A stretch of DNA of 64,000 bases from NCBI RefSeq assembly GCF_963921235.1, contig NC_086108.1, positions 87,298,001 to 87,362,000 on the forward strand, written 5' to 3'. Positions within the stretch are counted from its first letter, which is position 1; each line of letters opens with the position of its first letter. The stretch comes from Mobula hypostoma. Lineage: Eukaryota. Shown here piece after piece: positions 37,701 to 51,426 of the stretch. The notes under the pieces are model-generated. The model was not told the origin of the DNA. It was given only the letters and a program-made list of their open reading frames with translations, and searched no databases. The translations under genes were made by a program, and so were the position numbers.

Positions 37701-39374
37701 TTAACATCATTGCAGCTGAAAAGGAATTTGTCAAAACAGCCTACTCAATGCATCTCACTGAATATCTGGCCTCCCTTGATTGAGTCAGTATAGGAGAGAA
37801 GAGCGGGCAAAGAAAAATTATTTAAATTGTTATTGCAAATTGATTTCCCACAGGTGTTTGGAGCCATATCTAGCATTAACAAATCTCAAATCTCTTTCCA
37901 AAAAAAATATGCCAGCAAACACCAGCCTCCTGAGAGGATTTACAATTCATCTTCTTTTTTCTGTACTTCCAGAATAGGCCAACATTCCTTGCAATATTAC
38001 AATAATAACACTTATGGCTGCCTACTGGGATTGCAGATAACATGAGTTTAATTACATCCACTGAAAAGAACACTCAAGTGAAAATGCAGGTCAGAAAGTT
38101 CCTTCCATTAGAAACTCTTCCCATATGATTTATACAACTGTCTCAGTGGCAGTGAAAATTAAACGGCACGATTCAGGGTCAAACTGTAAATGAGAAAGGC
38201 CATTAACACACTGCAGCACCTAATAACCCTTCTCCTATTGGCTGCAGCTGTATACTAACAATACTTTGCTGCAGCGTCAGTGGCACAGGAGCGAGACCCG
38301 TAAAACTAGAGTGACTGTGACCATGTCAGCGTTGCCTATCCGATAAAATGAGCAGGCAGCCCGATCCATGCAAGCTCAAAGAGAGGAATAAACCAGTGTT
38401 ATTCTATTTCAAGAACAGTGCTTAAATTTAAAATCACCAGGAATTAATGAGGCAATATGTGACTTGGATAAAATCCAAAGGAAGTTAGTAATTATGAAGA
38501 AAGGTTTAGATAAAGGTATGTGTTGTGCAAAACAAAATGAAGCGAGTGTTTGCCTTCCAAAGACTTTGAAGTAAAGACTTCTGCTTCAAGAAGAGAACCT
38601 TCTTAAGTACAGAAACCCGTGTAGGGCTGAGTAGCTTTTGGAAGAGGCTCAATCTCTCTGTAAAGACCTTTCTGATTTTTATAGAAATATGAAAATATAG
38701 TTTTGTTTCCTTACACAAGGTGAACCAGAATGATGTCTAGAGCCCTCAAGCATTTATAATTGACTATTTCAAAGTAAGGATAATTCTCTTCAAATATGAC
38801 TGACTTAAAAGAATATTCCAGTGAATCAGTTTGTGTATAAAGATAAGTAGAGGTAATCATTCTATCCTTCATGAACAGAGAAAACTAAAAGACAAATAAA
38901 CCCTTCAAAGTCTCCCTATAAATTTATGGTTGATAAATAAAACATTTGTTTTTTGTGAAAGCTCTAAATGTGGTCATTACTTGAAATACATTGACTTAAT
39001 TCTTTTGAGCAAAAAATATTGTCCCGTCTCCCTACATAATTACACAGGGCACTCTTTCTTTTGAAGTTATGTGTTTCAAAATATGTGGTAACTAGATATC
39101 AAAGAGTCCCCAACACAGAGGATGAAATTAGAAGTTTGGTGTAGAGCTGGAAGGGCCTCTCTGCCCACTGAATTTCCAGTGTAAGGAGATGGCCATAAGC
39201 GAACGTTGACGACTGGTACATTCTAAAATGCAGGGACACATGCCAAGGGATATCCTGAAGCTTGGCATAACCGTTACACATTCTTGAAATAAAATTCTTC
39301 CTGTTTCACTACTCCATAAAGCCTATAATTGAACTTTGTTCCCCCATCCTTTTAACTTTTTAACCAAGGACTCA

Positions 39375-41495
39375 ATCTTGACCTTCCACCAAAACAGGTC
39401 CACAGTGGATGCTATAACCCTGGCCCTACTCTCATCTCTAGGACAAAAGAGAGTAAAGACACTTATGTTTGACTGTTGTTTATTGATTATAGCTTTACTT
39501 CAGTACTATAATTCCAAGCAAACTCATCTCCAAACTCCCAGACCTGACACTCAACACCTCTCTTTGTAACAGGATTATTGACTTTTTTTAAATTTTATTT
39601 CATTTTTATTTAGAGGTACAGCACAGTATCAGGCCCTTCCAGCCCAGCGAGCCCACGCTGCCCAATAACACCCATGTGACCAATTAACCTGCTAACCCGT
39701 ACATCTTTGGGATGTGGGTGGAGAGTGGAGCAACCAGTGGAAACCCACAGGGACACAAGGAGAATAATCAAACCCCGTAGCATCGGAAATTGAACCCGAG
39801 TCGCTGACGCTGTAATAAATTTGTGCTAATTGCTAAGCTGGCATACTGTACTTTCTTTCAAACCGACTGCAATTAAGAAAGATAGGCAGCAGTGTCTCCG
39901 CCATGATCTTTCTCCACACTGGTGCTCCACAAGGATTTGTCCTCAGCCTCCCTACTCTCTACCCTGTGTACACACATAACTGTGTGGCCGGATTCTGCTC
40001 TAACTCCACCTACAAGTTTGCAGATGACACCACTGCAGTGGGTCAATTCTCAAAAAACAAGGCGTCGGAGAACAGAAAGAAGATAAAGACAGACTGACAT
40101 AGCGTCATAGCAACAATCTGTCTCTCAGTGTCAGCAAAGCAAGAGAGATGGTTATTGACTTCAGGAAGGGGGTGGTGGCTACATTCTTGTTTGCACAAAA
40201 GGTTCTGAGGTTGAGAGGGTTGAAAGCTTCAAGTTTCTAGGACTGAACATCACCAATAGCTTGTCCTGGTCAAACTGTGTAGATGCCATGGCCAAGGAAA
40301 CTCAACGGCAACCTCTGGAGGCTAAAGAAATTTGGCATGTCTCCTTTCTTCCCTCAATGTCGCCAAAGAGCAAAGGAGCTACGTGTGGACTACAGGAGGA
40401 ATGGAGGTAGGTTAACCCCTATTGACATCAATAGATATGGGGTTGAGAGGGTGAACAGCTTTAAATTCCTCAGCATACACTTCACCAGGGATCTCACATG
40501 GTCTGTACATACTGGCTGTGTGGTGAAAAAGGCACAACAGCGCCTCCTTCACCTCAGACCATTGAAGAAGTTTGGTATGGGTCCCCAAATCCTAAGGACT
40601 TTCTACTGGGGCACAACTGAGAGCATCCTGACTGGCTGCATCACGGCCTGGTATGGGAACTGTACTTCCCTCAATCGCAGGACTCTGCAGAGAATGGTGC
40701 GGACGGCCCAGCGCATCTGTAGATGTGAACTTCCCACTATTCAGGACGTTTACAGAGACAGGTATGTAATAAGGGCATGAAAGATCATTGGGGACCCAAG
40801 TCACCCCTACCACAAACTGTTCCAGCTGCTACCATCCGGGAAACAGTACCACAGCATAAAAGCCAGGATCAACAGGCTCCGGGACAGCTTCTTCTACCAG
40901 GCTATCAGACTGATTAATTCACACTGTTACAATTGTATTTCTGTGCTATATTGACTGTCCTATTGTACATACTATTTATTACAAATTACTATATATTGCA
41001 CATTGCACATTCAGACAGAGACATACAGTAAAGATTTTTAATCCTCATGCATGTGAAGGATGTAAATAATAAAGTCAATTCAATTTCTCACTGACTTTTT
41101 ATATACTTACCACAAAAATCATTCAATTCAGATGCATCATGGCTTGATTATAGCAACAAGAAACTACAGAGAGTTGTGGACACAGCTCAGCATATTACAG
41201 AAACCAGCCTCACCTCTATGGACTCTGTCTATACTCCTTATTACCTTGGTAAAGCAGCCAACATAATTAAAGACTCCAGCCTTCTTTCTTTCCCCCACTC
41301 CCATCAGGCAGAAGATACAAAGGTCTGAAAGCACATACCACCAGAATCAAGTACAACTTCTATCAGACTGCAGAAGGGTTCCCTGGTTTTATAAGATTGA
41401 CTCTTGACCTCATAATGTACCTCGTTATGGCCTTTCCCCTTACTGGCTCCCTGCACTGCACTTTTCTTTAACTGTAACACTATATTCTGCATTCC
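39375..41495 (+). mobile_element. Nested Rex1/Babar LINE fragments (older copy interrupted by a SINE at about 39600-39850 and a younger Rex copy at about 40352-41083)
   Basis: HTGAPQGFVLS..YKFADDTTAVG; VERVNSFKFL..KKAQQRL..LKKFGMGPQILRTFY..ESILTGCITAWYGNC. Inner tail aataaagtcaattcaatt, after which the outer copy resumes. Confidence 0.8.
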
Positions 41496-41869
41496 TTTAT
41501 GTATTTATTTACTCATTTATTGAGATGCACTGCGGAATAGGCCCTTCCAACCCTTCGAGCTACACTGCCCAGCAATCCTGCGATTTAATCTTAGCCTAAT
41601 CACAAGACAATTTACAATGACAAATTAACCTAAGAAACTGATATGTCTTTGGACTGTGGAGGAGAATCCCACCAGGGCACAGGGAGAATGTCCCAACTCC
41701 TTACAGACAGTGGCAGGAATTGAACTTGGGTCACTGGTACTGTAAAGCATTGTGCTAACCACTACACCACCCTGCCATTATTGTTTCCCCTTGTACTACC
41801 ACAATTCATTGCTGTAATGAAATGAAAAACAAAGTTTTTAATTGTACTCTGTTTCATATGACAATAATT

Positions 41870-42405
41870 ATTTTAGAAAGGATATACTGACATTGGAGAC
41901 GGTTCAGAGAAGAATCACAAGAATGGCTCCAGGAATGAAAGGGTTAACATATGAGCAATGTCTGGCAGCTCTTGGGCTGTATTCCCTGGAGTTCAGGAGA
42001 ATCAGGGGGGATCTCATAGAAACATTCCGAATGTTAAAAGGCCTGAACAGATTAGATATGGCAAAGTTATTTCCCATGGTAGGGGATTCTAGGACAATAG
42101 AGCACAACTTCAGGATTGAAGGATGTCCTTTCAGAACAGAGATGTGGGGAAATGACTTTAGTCAGAGGGTGGTAAATCTGTGGAATTTGTTACCACAAGC
42201 GGCTGTGGAGGCCAAGTCATTGGGCGTATTTAAGGCAGAGATAGATAGGTTTTTGATTAGCCAGGGCATTAAAAGGGTATAGGGTGAAAGCAGGGGAGTG
42301 GGGATGACTGGAAGAATTGGATCAGCCCATGACTGAATGGCGGAGCAGACTCGATGGGCCGAATGGCCTACTTCTGCTCCTATATCTTATGGTCATATGG
42401 TCTCA
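41870..42405 (+). mobile_element. CR1 LINE 3' fragment
   Basis: LETVQRRITRM..LGLYSLEFRRIRGDLIETF..FSQRVVNLWN and a CR1-type 3' UTR. Confidence 0.88.
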
Positions 42406-43647
42406 TAATAAAGCAATTTGCCAACATCATTTCATTTTTTTCATACTACTCTGTATTTCATCCTTCTCTTTTTCATAGCACTGGCTGAGCAAGATGCTTA
42501 GAGAAAGGATACTTTTGGGAAATGGAGGTTAATTAACCTCCAAAGGACTAATCCTAGAAAAATACAGGTTGCAGCAAAAGCCAAGTTCAATTCTCTCAAT
42601 CTAAAGATTTTTCATGGAAAGGGATGAGTAAGACTGAGCCTATCTGAATCACAGTTATGAGGTAACAAGTTATTGGGAAAGAACATAAGGAATAGGAGCA
42701 GGAGTAGGCCATCCGGCCCATTGAGCCTGCTCCACTATTCAATAAGATCATGGCTGATCTGACCATGGAGATACCTAGAGGCCTGAATATAAATCCAGAG
42801 ATCCAATTTGGAATCCTACCATGATAGCTGTGATTTTTTAAAAATATAGTCACTAACAACAATAAGATGATCTACTACTGCACATCAGTAAAGACAACCA
42901 GCTCATCAGACCTGTCTGGTCCATATATGACACCAGATCTATAACAACGTGGTTCAATCTGAAATGGATTCTCAAGCCCATTAAGTTGATAGAAAATTAA
43001 GAATGAGTCTTTCTACCAATGTGCAGGTTGGTCCACCAATTTCACTCTGGTGTTTCTGGAAAATTGAGGGCATTGGAATTAATATGGATGGCAATTATCC
43101 AGACGAGAAAGAGTGACCAAAATTATCTGATGCACAGTTCAACGATCAAGTGAGTTAATAGCAGGCACAGTCAACAAGAAATGCATGGGTTAATATCAAA
43201 ATGCCAAATGCAGTGTTTGGGAATGATCATTCCTGCCACATGCTTTCAATTCAATCGATGCTTAAAATAAGGCTGGACCTGGATAACACAGTAATTAGCT
43301 CATCATTCTCTGAAGCTGAAGGGAGGGTCAATAAGGAAAGAAATTCATTGTGTTTTTGCATCAGAGTAATGGTTATGAAGTTTAGCAGAGTTACTGATAG
43401 ATCTGAGTTCATGCCTTTAGGAGAGGAAGGTTGAAGTATGCGTGCTGATGTACACTACAAATGGTTGCACCCATGTTTAATGTTTCTCTGATTCCCCAGA
43501 AGCGGTAATATTATAATCAGTGCCCAAGAGATCCCTGCAGGAGCTTAGGTCTGAGCTCCAATGACAATGTATCAATGCAGTGAGAACAATATACCAGACT
43601 ATGTGTAATTTTTGAAAACTTTTTAATGATAGCATTTCAAGAATGAC

Positions 43648-44260
43648 GTTAGTCCTCATCCAATCAGGTTTCCGCTGCCCCACCTTGTTTACAATCAAAT
43701 TCCAGTTCTTACTTAGAGCGAGACCTTTGTGTTTGTGAAAATTCTTTTTCTCTAGCTTTATTTCAATGGTTTCCTTCACCTGGCATTCCCAAAAGCCATC
43801 AGTGTGGCACAGCAGTTTTGTGTCGCGGTCAGTCCTATGGCCATTGTAAATGTAATGTTCTGCTTCCACCGATTTCTCTGGGTAACCCAAACGCATACAC
43901 TTCCTGTGTACCTTGATGCGGGCTTCCACCTTGCATCCCGTCTGGCCAATATAGACTGTTCCGCATTCACAGGGAATCCTGTAACTGCCAGCCATCCTGA
44001 GTCCCAGGTCATCTTTGACCCCCATAAGCTGTGATTTGAGCTACCTTCATTCAGTTAGTCCTGACGAAGGGTCTCGGCCTGAAACGTCGACTGTACCTCT
44101 TCCTAGAGATGCTGCCTGGCCTGCTGCGTTCACCAGCAACTTTGATGTGTGTTATTTGAGCTACCTTGCAGGTTTATAGATGTTATTTGGGGATGTCACC
44201 TTCTGAGAACAGGAGCTATGGTGGTCATCTGGAATTGAAGTTGCTGTCCCTTGTAGACTA
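43648..44260 (-). mobile_element. Second PLE type (Poseidon-like) GIY-YIG fragment
   Basis: AGSYRIPCECGTVYIGQTG..EARIKVH..AEH..GH..KETIEIK. No Cys-rich linker is seen in the fragment. Confidence 0.8.
44048..44153 (+). mobile_element. 106-bp hammerhead-bearing PLE insert with 14-bp TSD
   Basis: TSD ATTTGAGCTACCTT at 44034-47 and 44154-67. Intact motif at 44057-44092. Confidence 0.9.
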
Positions 44261-47139
44261 GGCTGGCCAAGGACTGCATCAGAATTTCAGTCCTTTGCAT
44301 ATGTTATGTAATCTCTCAAGAAGAAACAATTTGCAGTTGAAGAAATGAAAAATGTCAGAGCTGTTTTCAGTGAATGAACCACTCGTTCTGTTTGACAAAA
44401 GTTATTTACTGGAGTGACAGGGGATATGAAGGGAGACCTGTAAAGCTGCAGTTCTTTAGCTTTCCTTTCAGCAGATCGACATGCTATCTAACAACAGTTT
44501 TTGCCTAGTGTTCTGAAATTTTGTAAACTTCATTGTTGAAGACAGAGCCACTTTGAATAAATCTTTAAGGCAAGTCGTTGTGCTTTGTGTTCTGCCATGA
44601 TTGATCTGATTTACAGTGGTAGGTAAAACACCTGAGGATTCATATCGGTCCTCATTAACCTTTGCCAGCACTTCAGGGAGTGAGGAGCTGATGGGAATCT
44701 ATACCACTGCAAAGGTGTCTCAATTTGGTTTTATGATGGTCTTTCTTGGCTGCTGAGCTATTACTCAGTATATTATGTGTTTAATACAAGCTGAGTCTGT
44801 CTGGAACTCCTGTGTTGTGATAATCAAATAATCAGCAAGACATTTTTACACCTCAATATGTGAATATGTAATACATAATAACTTCCCCTTAGACTTGTAC
44901 CTGACAATGTTAACGTTTTTAATGCATCCAACAATAGACTGTGAAGATGACTGCATCAAATGTTTGTGTGTGCATCTTGCAATGTCTCTCGCTCCATATA
45001 TGGGAAACTCAAAATATTCGTGCGATTCACAATATTTGTGCAAGTGTATCACACTGTCTCCACATAATTCTGTGTGTGTCCGCCTGCCTGCTTACGCATG
45101 CAAGTTACTATATGTATACTCTTCGATGAGTGCATGACTAGATACGCCCATGGCAATACAATTGTGGCTTATTGAAACTGTGTACATTTATTGTTTAGAT
45201 GATTTATTTTGTTTTGTGTGTTTTTTTCTCTTTCTCTGTGGGCACAGGTGGGGGGGGTTAGTATTATTTTTTTTTAATTGGGTTCTTTTGGATTCCTTGC
45301 TTTGTGACTGCCTGTAAGCAAACAAATCTCTGGATTGTAGAATTTATACATTCTTTGTTAAATGCACTTTGAAACTTCAAAGCACATGTGCTTTTAGACC
45401 GTAAGACTTAGGAACAGAATTTGGCCATTCAGCCTATCAAGTCTATTTCACCATTCCACTATGGCTCCTGCCTTCTCCCCATAACTTTTGTCACCCTGAC
45501 TAATTAAGAATTTGCTTGCTGTAGATTATTATTCATTTGTGAGGTGTGGGTTTAACTGGTAGGGCAGCATTTATTGTCCAGCCTTTAGACTCCATGAAGA
45601 GTGGTAATGACCTGCCTTCCTCTTTGTGTTTGTGTGTCTCAAAGTGCGTGACCCAGCACAGGTATGTACATATTTAAATTCTATGTGTGTCCTTGAAAAA
45701 TTATAGTTCATACCAATAAGTCACAATATCTGCATGATAATGATCTTACTGGAAATTGTCAATTCCATTTTGTGAATTGAAAGCTTCACGGATGTTAGCT
45801 CTTGTAATTCCATATAAACTTATGGTTGAACACTGCTAGACTTGATCCCTAAACCTGAAGCAAAATATTGAGGTCCAGCAAATCTGAATAAAAACAGAAT
45901 TACTGGAAATATTCAGTGGAGCAGGCTGCATTTTTACAAAGTTGTGTTTCAGGCTGATGGTTTTCCCTCAGAATTGGATAAACATTGAAGATAAATAGGT
46001 TTTAATCAACTACAGAGAGCAGATGTACAGGAAGAACAAAATAGAGGGGTTGTAATAGGCAGAGAGTTCATACGAGAAAGCAGATGATGGCAGGAAATAA
46101 GATAGTAATTAAGGTCTCCAGTTAACCACTAACCACAAACTCTGGGTCAAAAGAGACCTTGCAATCATTGCTGCTTCAAGGTTATTCGGTGCGGGTCTGG
46201 GATTTGATCTCTCTGTATTGAGGCTGTACCAATCAAATGGGGACTGGTGGTCACCATGGTGGCAAAAGGGACAAGTAAAGGAAAAGAGGAGGTGTATTGA
46301 GGAAGTTTGCAACAACAGATCCTTTACTAATAGCAAAATGAAAATGTAAAAGGCTGGAAACACGAGGCAGGCCAAGCGGCATCGATAGAAAGAAAAAGAA
46401 TCACATGTCTGGTGAAAGAATTTTCATTTATCTTTGGGAAAGATGAAGGATCTTCAATGTGGAATGTTAACTCTAGTCTGATTCTGATCCACCAAAGATG
46501 CTGCCTGAACCTGAGTGTATCCAGTTCTAACATTTCTTTTTACTTCAGTTTTCCAACATCTACATAGCTAGTGTCCAAATAATGCCAGAAGTGGTTATGA
46601 TCAGAGATTGTTGATTCCAGAAAGGTATAAAGTGCCTTTTAAAAGAGGAGGTGTGTTCTTCCAGCTCACTGATATTTCCCCGTAGGCAAATATGGGAAGC
46701 TGAAAACAGGGGACATTAGGCAGAGAATTAAAGTGGCCCCAGTAATCGGAAAGCGTCAGACATGCATACTGACAAAAGATCTTCACTTAGGCAGTTAGAC
46801 ATCTACAGATGGCATGAAAATTAGTGGAGTTGCCTATAGCAAGGAAGATTGTTTATTTATTTTTTTCATATTTAAAGATTCAGCGCAGAATAGGCCCTTC
46901 CAGCCCTTTGAGCACAGCAGCAGCAGCCCCCGATTTAACACTAGCCTAATCACAGGACAAGTTACAACGACCAGTTAATCTACTAACTGTGGGAGGAAAA
47001 CAGAGCACCCAGACAAAGCCCATGCATTCCACGGGGAGCCTGTACACAGAACATGAACCGCAGAGTCCCCAAAAGTGAGTCCACAGCCACAAAGTCTGTT
47101 CAGCACTCAGGTGAGTGCAGTCGGTCCAGGGTCAGGAAT

Positions 47140-48440
47140 GAACTGCTCCCTATCCTGCTGGGGTGAGACCTGAGACTCCTGCCCCTCTTGCCCGATGATG
47201 ATAGTAGGCTTGCTGACATTGAGTGAGAGGTTGTTGTTGCTGTGGCACTGCTCAGCCAGATTTCCAAACTCCCTTCTATGTGCTGATTCATCACCAGCTT
47301 CGATTCGGCCCATGTCAGTGGTGCCATCAGCTAACTTAAATATGGCATTGGACCTGTGCTTAGCCTCACAGTCGTAAGTAAAAAGTGAGCAGAGCAGGGG
47401 ACTAAGCACACAGCCTTATAGTGCACTTGTGCTGGTGGAGATTGTGGAGATGTTGTTGCCAATCTGAACTGATGGGGTCTGCAAGTGAAGAAATCAAGGA
47501 TCCACTTGCACAAGGAGGTATTGAGGCCAAGGTCTTGAAGCTTATTGATTAGTTTTGAAGGAATGGTAGTACTGAATGCTGAGCTGTAGTTGATGTAGAG
47601 CATCCTGATGTATGCATTTTCACTGTCCCTACATTCCAGGGTTGAGTGAAGAGTCAATGAGATGGCATCTGCTGTCGATCTGGTGTGACTTTAGGCAAAT
47701 TGGAGAGGATCCAAGTCACTTCTCAGGGAGGAGTTGATATGGTTCATCATCAGTCTCTCAAAGCACTTCATCACAGTGGATGTAAGTGCTACTGGATATT
47801 AATCATTGACACACGTTACCTCTTTTTCTTAGGCACCAGTAAAATTGAAGCCTGCTTGAAGCAGGTGGGTGCCTCAGACTGTCAAAGCGAGAGATTATTG
47901 CTATTGGTGAACACTCCAGCCAGTTGATCAACACAGGTCTTTAGTACTCTGTCAGGTACCTCATCTGGACCAGGTACTTTCTGTGGCTTCGCTCTCCTGA
48001 TGGATGGCCTCACATCAGCCACAGAGACTGAAATCACAGCTTGGTCGGTGGCTGAGGGAGTTTGTGAAGATGCGTCCGTGTCTTGACAGTCAAAATGAGC
48101 GTAAAAGGCATTGAGCTCATCTGGGAGCAAAGCCTTGTTGTCACCCATGTCACTTGGTTTCATTTTGTAGGAGGTGACAGCATTCAAGCCCTGCCACAGC
48201 TGTCAAGCATCCTTCAGAGATTCCAGTTTGGTTAAGAGTTGTCACTTTGCACGTGAGATGGCTTTCTGAAAATCGTACCTGGACCTCTTGTATGTTACTG
48301 ATCTGGCCCTCAGCTGATCACAGATCTCATGGTTCATTCAGGCCTTCTGGTTGTGGAAGATTCTGAATGATTTTGTGGGGACATACTAATCTACAACTGT
48401 TTTTATAAAGTCCATGACAACTGTGGTGTATTCATTCAGA
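47140..48440 (-). mobile_element. Rex1/Babar LINE RT fragment
   Basis: LPDELNAFYAHFD, PGPDEVPDRVLKTC..QLAGVFT, YIRML..YSSAFSTTIPSKL, LSPLLCSLFTYDC..KLADGTT. Confidence 0.85.
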
Positions 48441-48977
48441 AAGAAATCCTTGCTGGATCATTGGTAGTTTAGGTCTGAATTTGGTCATCAAAGTACTTAT
48501 TCCTATGTATGCTCTGCTATGATTGTTCAAAGTAAGTATAGTATGAAAGTACATATACATACCATATACTACCCTGAGATTCATTTTCTCACAGGCATTC
48601 GCAGTAGAACAAAGAAATAAACCAGAATTGATTAAGAACAGTACACAAACAAGACCGACCGTTGTTTGCGTTTAAAGACCGACAATTTGACCGCTTCTCA
48701 AGGTGCGCAGCAACTTCCAAAAGGATTCAAAGGTTTCCTCAGAACGTTGGAGTAGATTAGACATCTACTTTAACTGTATGAGAGATCCCATTCATTTTAT
48801 ACTTAAAACCATCAGCATTTGTTAGTCTCAGCAAGTGCTTTGGGCTCCTGCAATTACTCACATTTAAGCTGCATTTATCATCTCCAAAGTTCATAAGACC
48901 ATGCACAGGGTACACATTCCCTACAATTACGGGGTCATTCAGAATGTAAATAGGACCTTCAACCCACTAAGTTGAAT

Positions 48978-49765
48978 CAAGATGGCACTGGTGATATAAG
49001 GTGACATTTTCCCTGGCAGCTAGCAAAACTACTAACTATTCTACTAAATATACTTTTTCTGGACTAAGATCACTGCATCCTGCAGTCTGTAATTTCGCTT
49101 CGGGAGTTGTGCTTTTGAACTCTCTGAGCAATCTAGCGTTTTTGCAGTATCCAGAAGGATTAGCAAACTGGACTCCCAAGAATACAGGTACGGCCGTGGC
49201 GGCCATTGCTTGGGTGGACTTCAAGCCAGATTGAAATTTAGGATCAGAATGAAACTTCGAGCTGGATAGAAGCAACAAGGGCTGGCACCTGGAGCAAAAA
49301 AAAACAAGCCAATGTTAAGACAATTTTAACGCAAGCCTGTATTGAGGCTGAAGGCGGAGGACAAACCAGTGTTCCATGTCAGCCAGGATTCTCCATCCGA
49401 GCCTGTCCCATCTGCCTGCATTTGACCCATCTCCCTTTCTTCTCAGTATTATCAACAGGCAGAAGGTGCAAGAGTCTTGGACCCCATGCCATCAGGTTAG
49501 GGAGCCGTCCACTCCTGCTCCTCGACTGGCTCTACTTGCCTCAGGGCTGAACTGACTTTGTGGCTGTGGGCTCACTTTGGGAACTCAGCAGTTCATGGTC
49601 TGTGTATTATTTATCTACTTTTCTCGTTATTTGCATGATCTGTTCTTCTTTGGCACTTTGGATGTTTGACAGACCTTGTTTTGTGGAGTTTTTTGATGGA
49701 TTCTGTTGTTTCTTTGTGTTGTGGCTGCCTGCAAGATGAACCTCAAGATTGTATATGGTACTCTG
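48978..49765 (+). mobile_element. Non-autonomous retroelement/Rex-type tail, 3' end split by the CR1 (tail resumes at 51427-51460)
   Basis: Starts aagatggc. The tail gaacctcaagattgtatatggt...catatatacattaaatgtactttgaactttgaac matches Rex-type tails at about 19800-19872 and 25470-25540. Confidence 0.45.
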
Positions 49766-51426
49766 AAAATAGAAACATAGAAAATAGGTGCAGGAGTAGG
49801 CCATTCAGGCTTCGAGCCTGCACCGCCATTCAGTACGATCATGGCTGATCATCCAACTCAGAACCCTGTACCAGCCTTCCCTCCATACCCCCTGATCCCT
49901 TGAGAAAACAAGGGCCATATCTAACTCCCTCTTAAATATAGCCAATGAACTGGCCTTAACTGTTTCCTGTGGCAGAGAATTCCACAGATTCACCACTCTC
50001 TGTGTGAAGAAGTTTTTCCTAATCTCGGTCCTAAAAGGCTTCCCCTTTATCCTCAAACTGTGACCCCTCGTGTGACTTTCCCCACATTGGGAACAATCTT
50101 CCTGCATCTAGCCTGTCCAACCCCTTTAGAATTTTATACATTTCAATCAGATCCCCCCTCAATCTTTTAAATTCCGGAGAGTATAAGCCTAGTCGATCCA
50201 GTCTTTCATCATATGAAAGTCCTGCCATCTCAGGAATCAATCTGGTGAACCTTCTTTGTACTCCCTCTATGGCAAGAATGTCTTTCCTCAGATTAGGGGA
50301 CCAAAACTGCACACAATACTCCAGGTGTGATCTCACCAAGGCCTTGTACAACTGCAGTAGTACCTCCCTGCTTCTGTATTTGAATCCTCCTGCTATGAAT
50401 GCCAGCATACCATTTGCCTTTTTCACCGCCTGCTGTACCTGCATGCCCACTTTCAATGACTGGTGTATAATGACACCCAGGTCTCGTTGCACCTCCCCTT
50501 TTCCTAATCGGCCACCATTCAGATAATAATCTGTTTTCCTGTTCATGCCACCGAGGTGGATAACCTCACATTTATCAACATTAAATTGCATCTGCCATGA
50601 ATTTGCCCACTCACCTAACCTATCCAAGTCACTCTGCATCCTCTTTGCATCCTCCTCGCAGCTAACACTGCCACCCAGCTTCGTGTCATCCACAAACTTG
50701 GAGATGCCGCATTTAATTCCCTTGTCTAAGTCATTAATATATATTGTAAACAACTGGGGTCCCAGCACTGAGTCTTGCAGTACCCCACTAGTCACTACCT
50801 GCCATTCTGAAAAGGTCCCATTTATTCCTACTCTTTGCTTCCTGTCTGCCAACCAATTCTCTATCCACATCAATACCATACCCCCAATACCGTGTGCTTT
50901 AAGTTTGCACACTAATCTCCTGTGTGGGACCTTGTCAAAAGCCTTTTGAATATCTAAATGTACCACATCCACTAGTCCTCCCCTATCCACTCTACTAGTT
51001 ACATCCTCAAAAAATTCTATGAGATTCGTCAGACATGATTTTCCTTTCACAAATTCATGCTGACTTTGTCCGATGATTTCACCACTTTCCAAATATGCTG
51101 TTATCACATCTTTGATAACTGACTCTGGCATTTTCCCCACCGATGTCAGGCTTACCGGTCTATAATTCCCCGGTTTCTCTCTCCCTCCTTTTTTAAAAAG
51201 CGGGGTTACATTAGCCACCCTTCAATCCTCAGGATCTAATCCAGAATCTAAAGAGTTTTGAAAAATTATCACTAATGCATCCACTATTTCTTGGGCTACT
51301 TCCTTAAGCACTCTGGGATGCAGACCATCTGGCCCTGGGGATTTATCTGCCTTTAATCCCTTCAATTTACCTAACACCACTTCCCTACTAACATGTATTT
51401 CCCTCAGTTCCTCCATTTCACTAGAC
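49766..51426 (-). mobile_element. Young CR1 LINE, 5'-truncated, with a 395-aa uninterrupted RT stretch
   Basis: ORF 50031-51218 has ANVTPLFKKG..NYRPVSLTS..KAFDKVPH..SVLGPQLF..FVDD..HLEYCVQFWSP. (TTTCTATG)-type tail. Same family as 63012-64000. Confidence 0.93.

Noticed and set aside
50545..50949. Antisense ORFs over CR1/Rex RT (also 61916-62431, 63492-63896, 18182-18688)
   Set aside because: Shadow ORFs on the opposite strand of LINE coding sequence, with no independent evidence.
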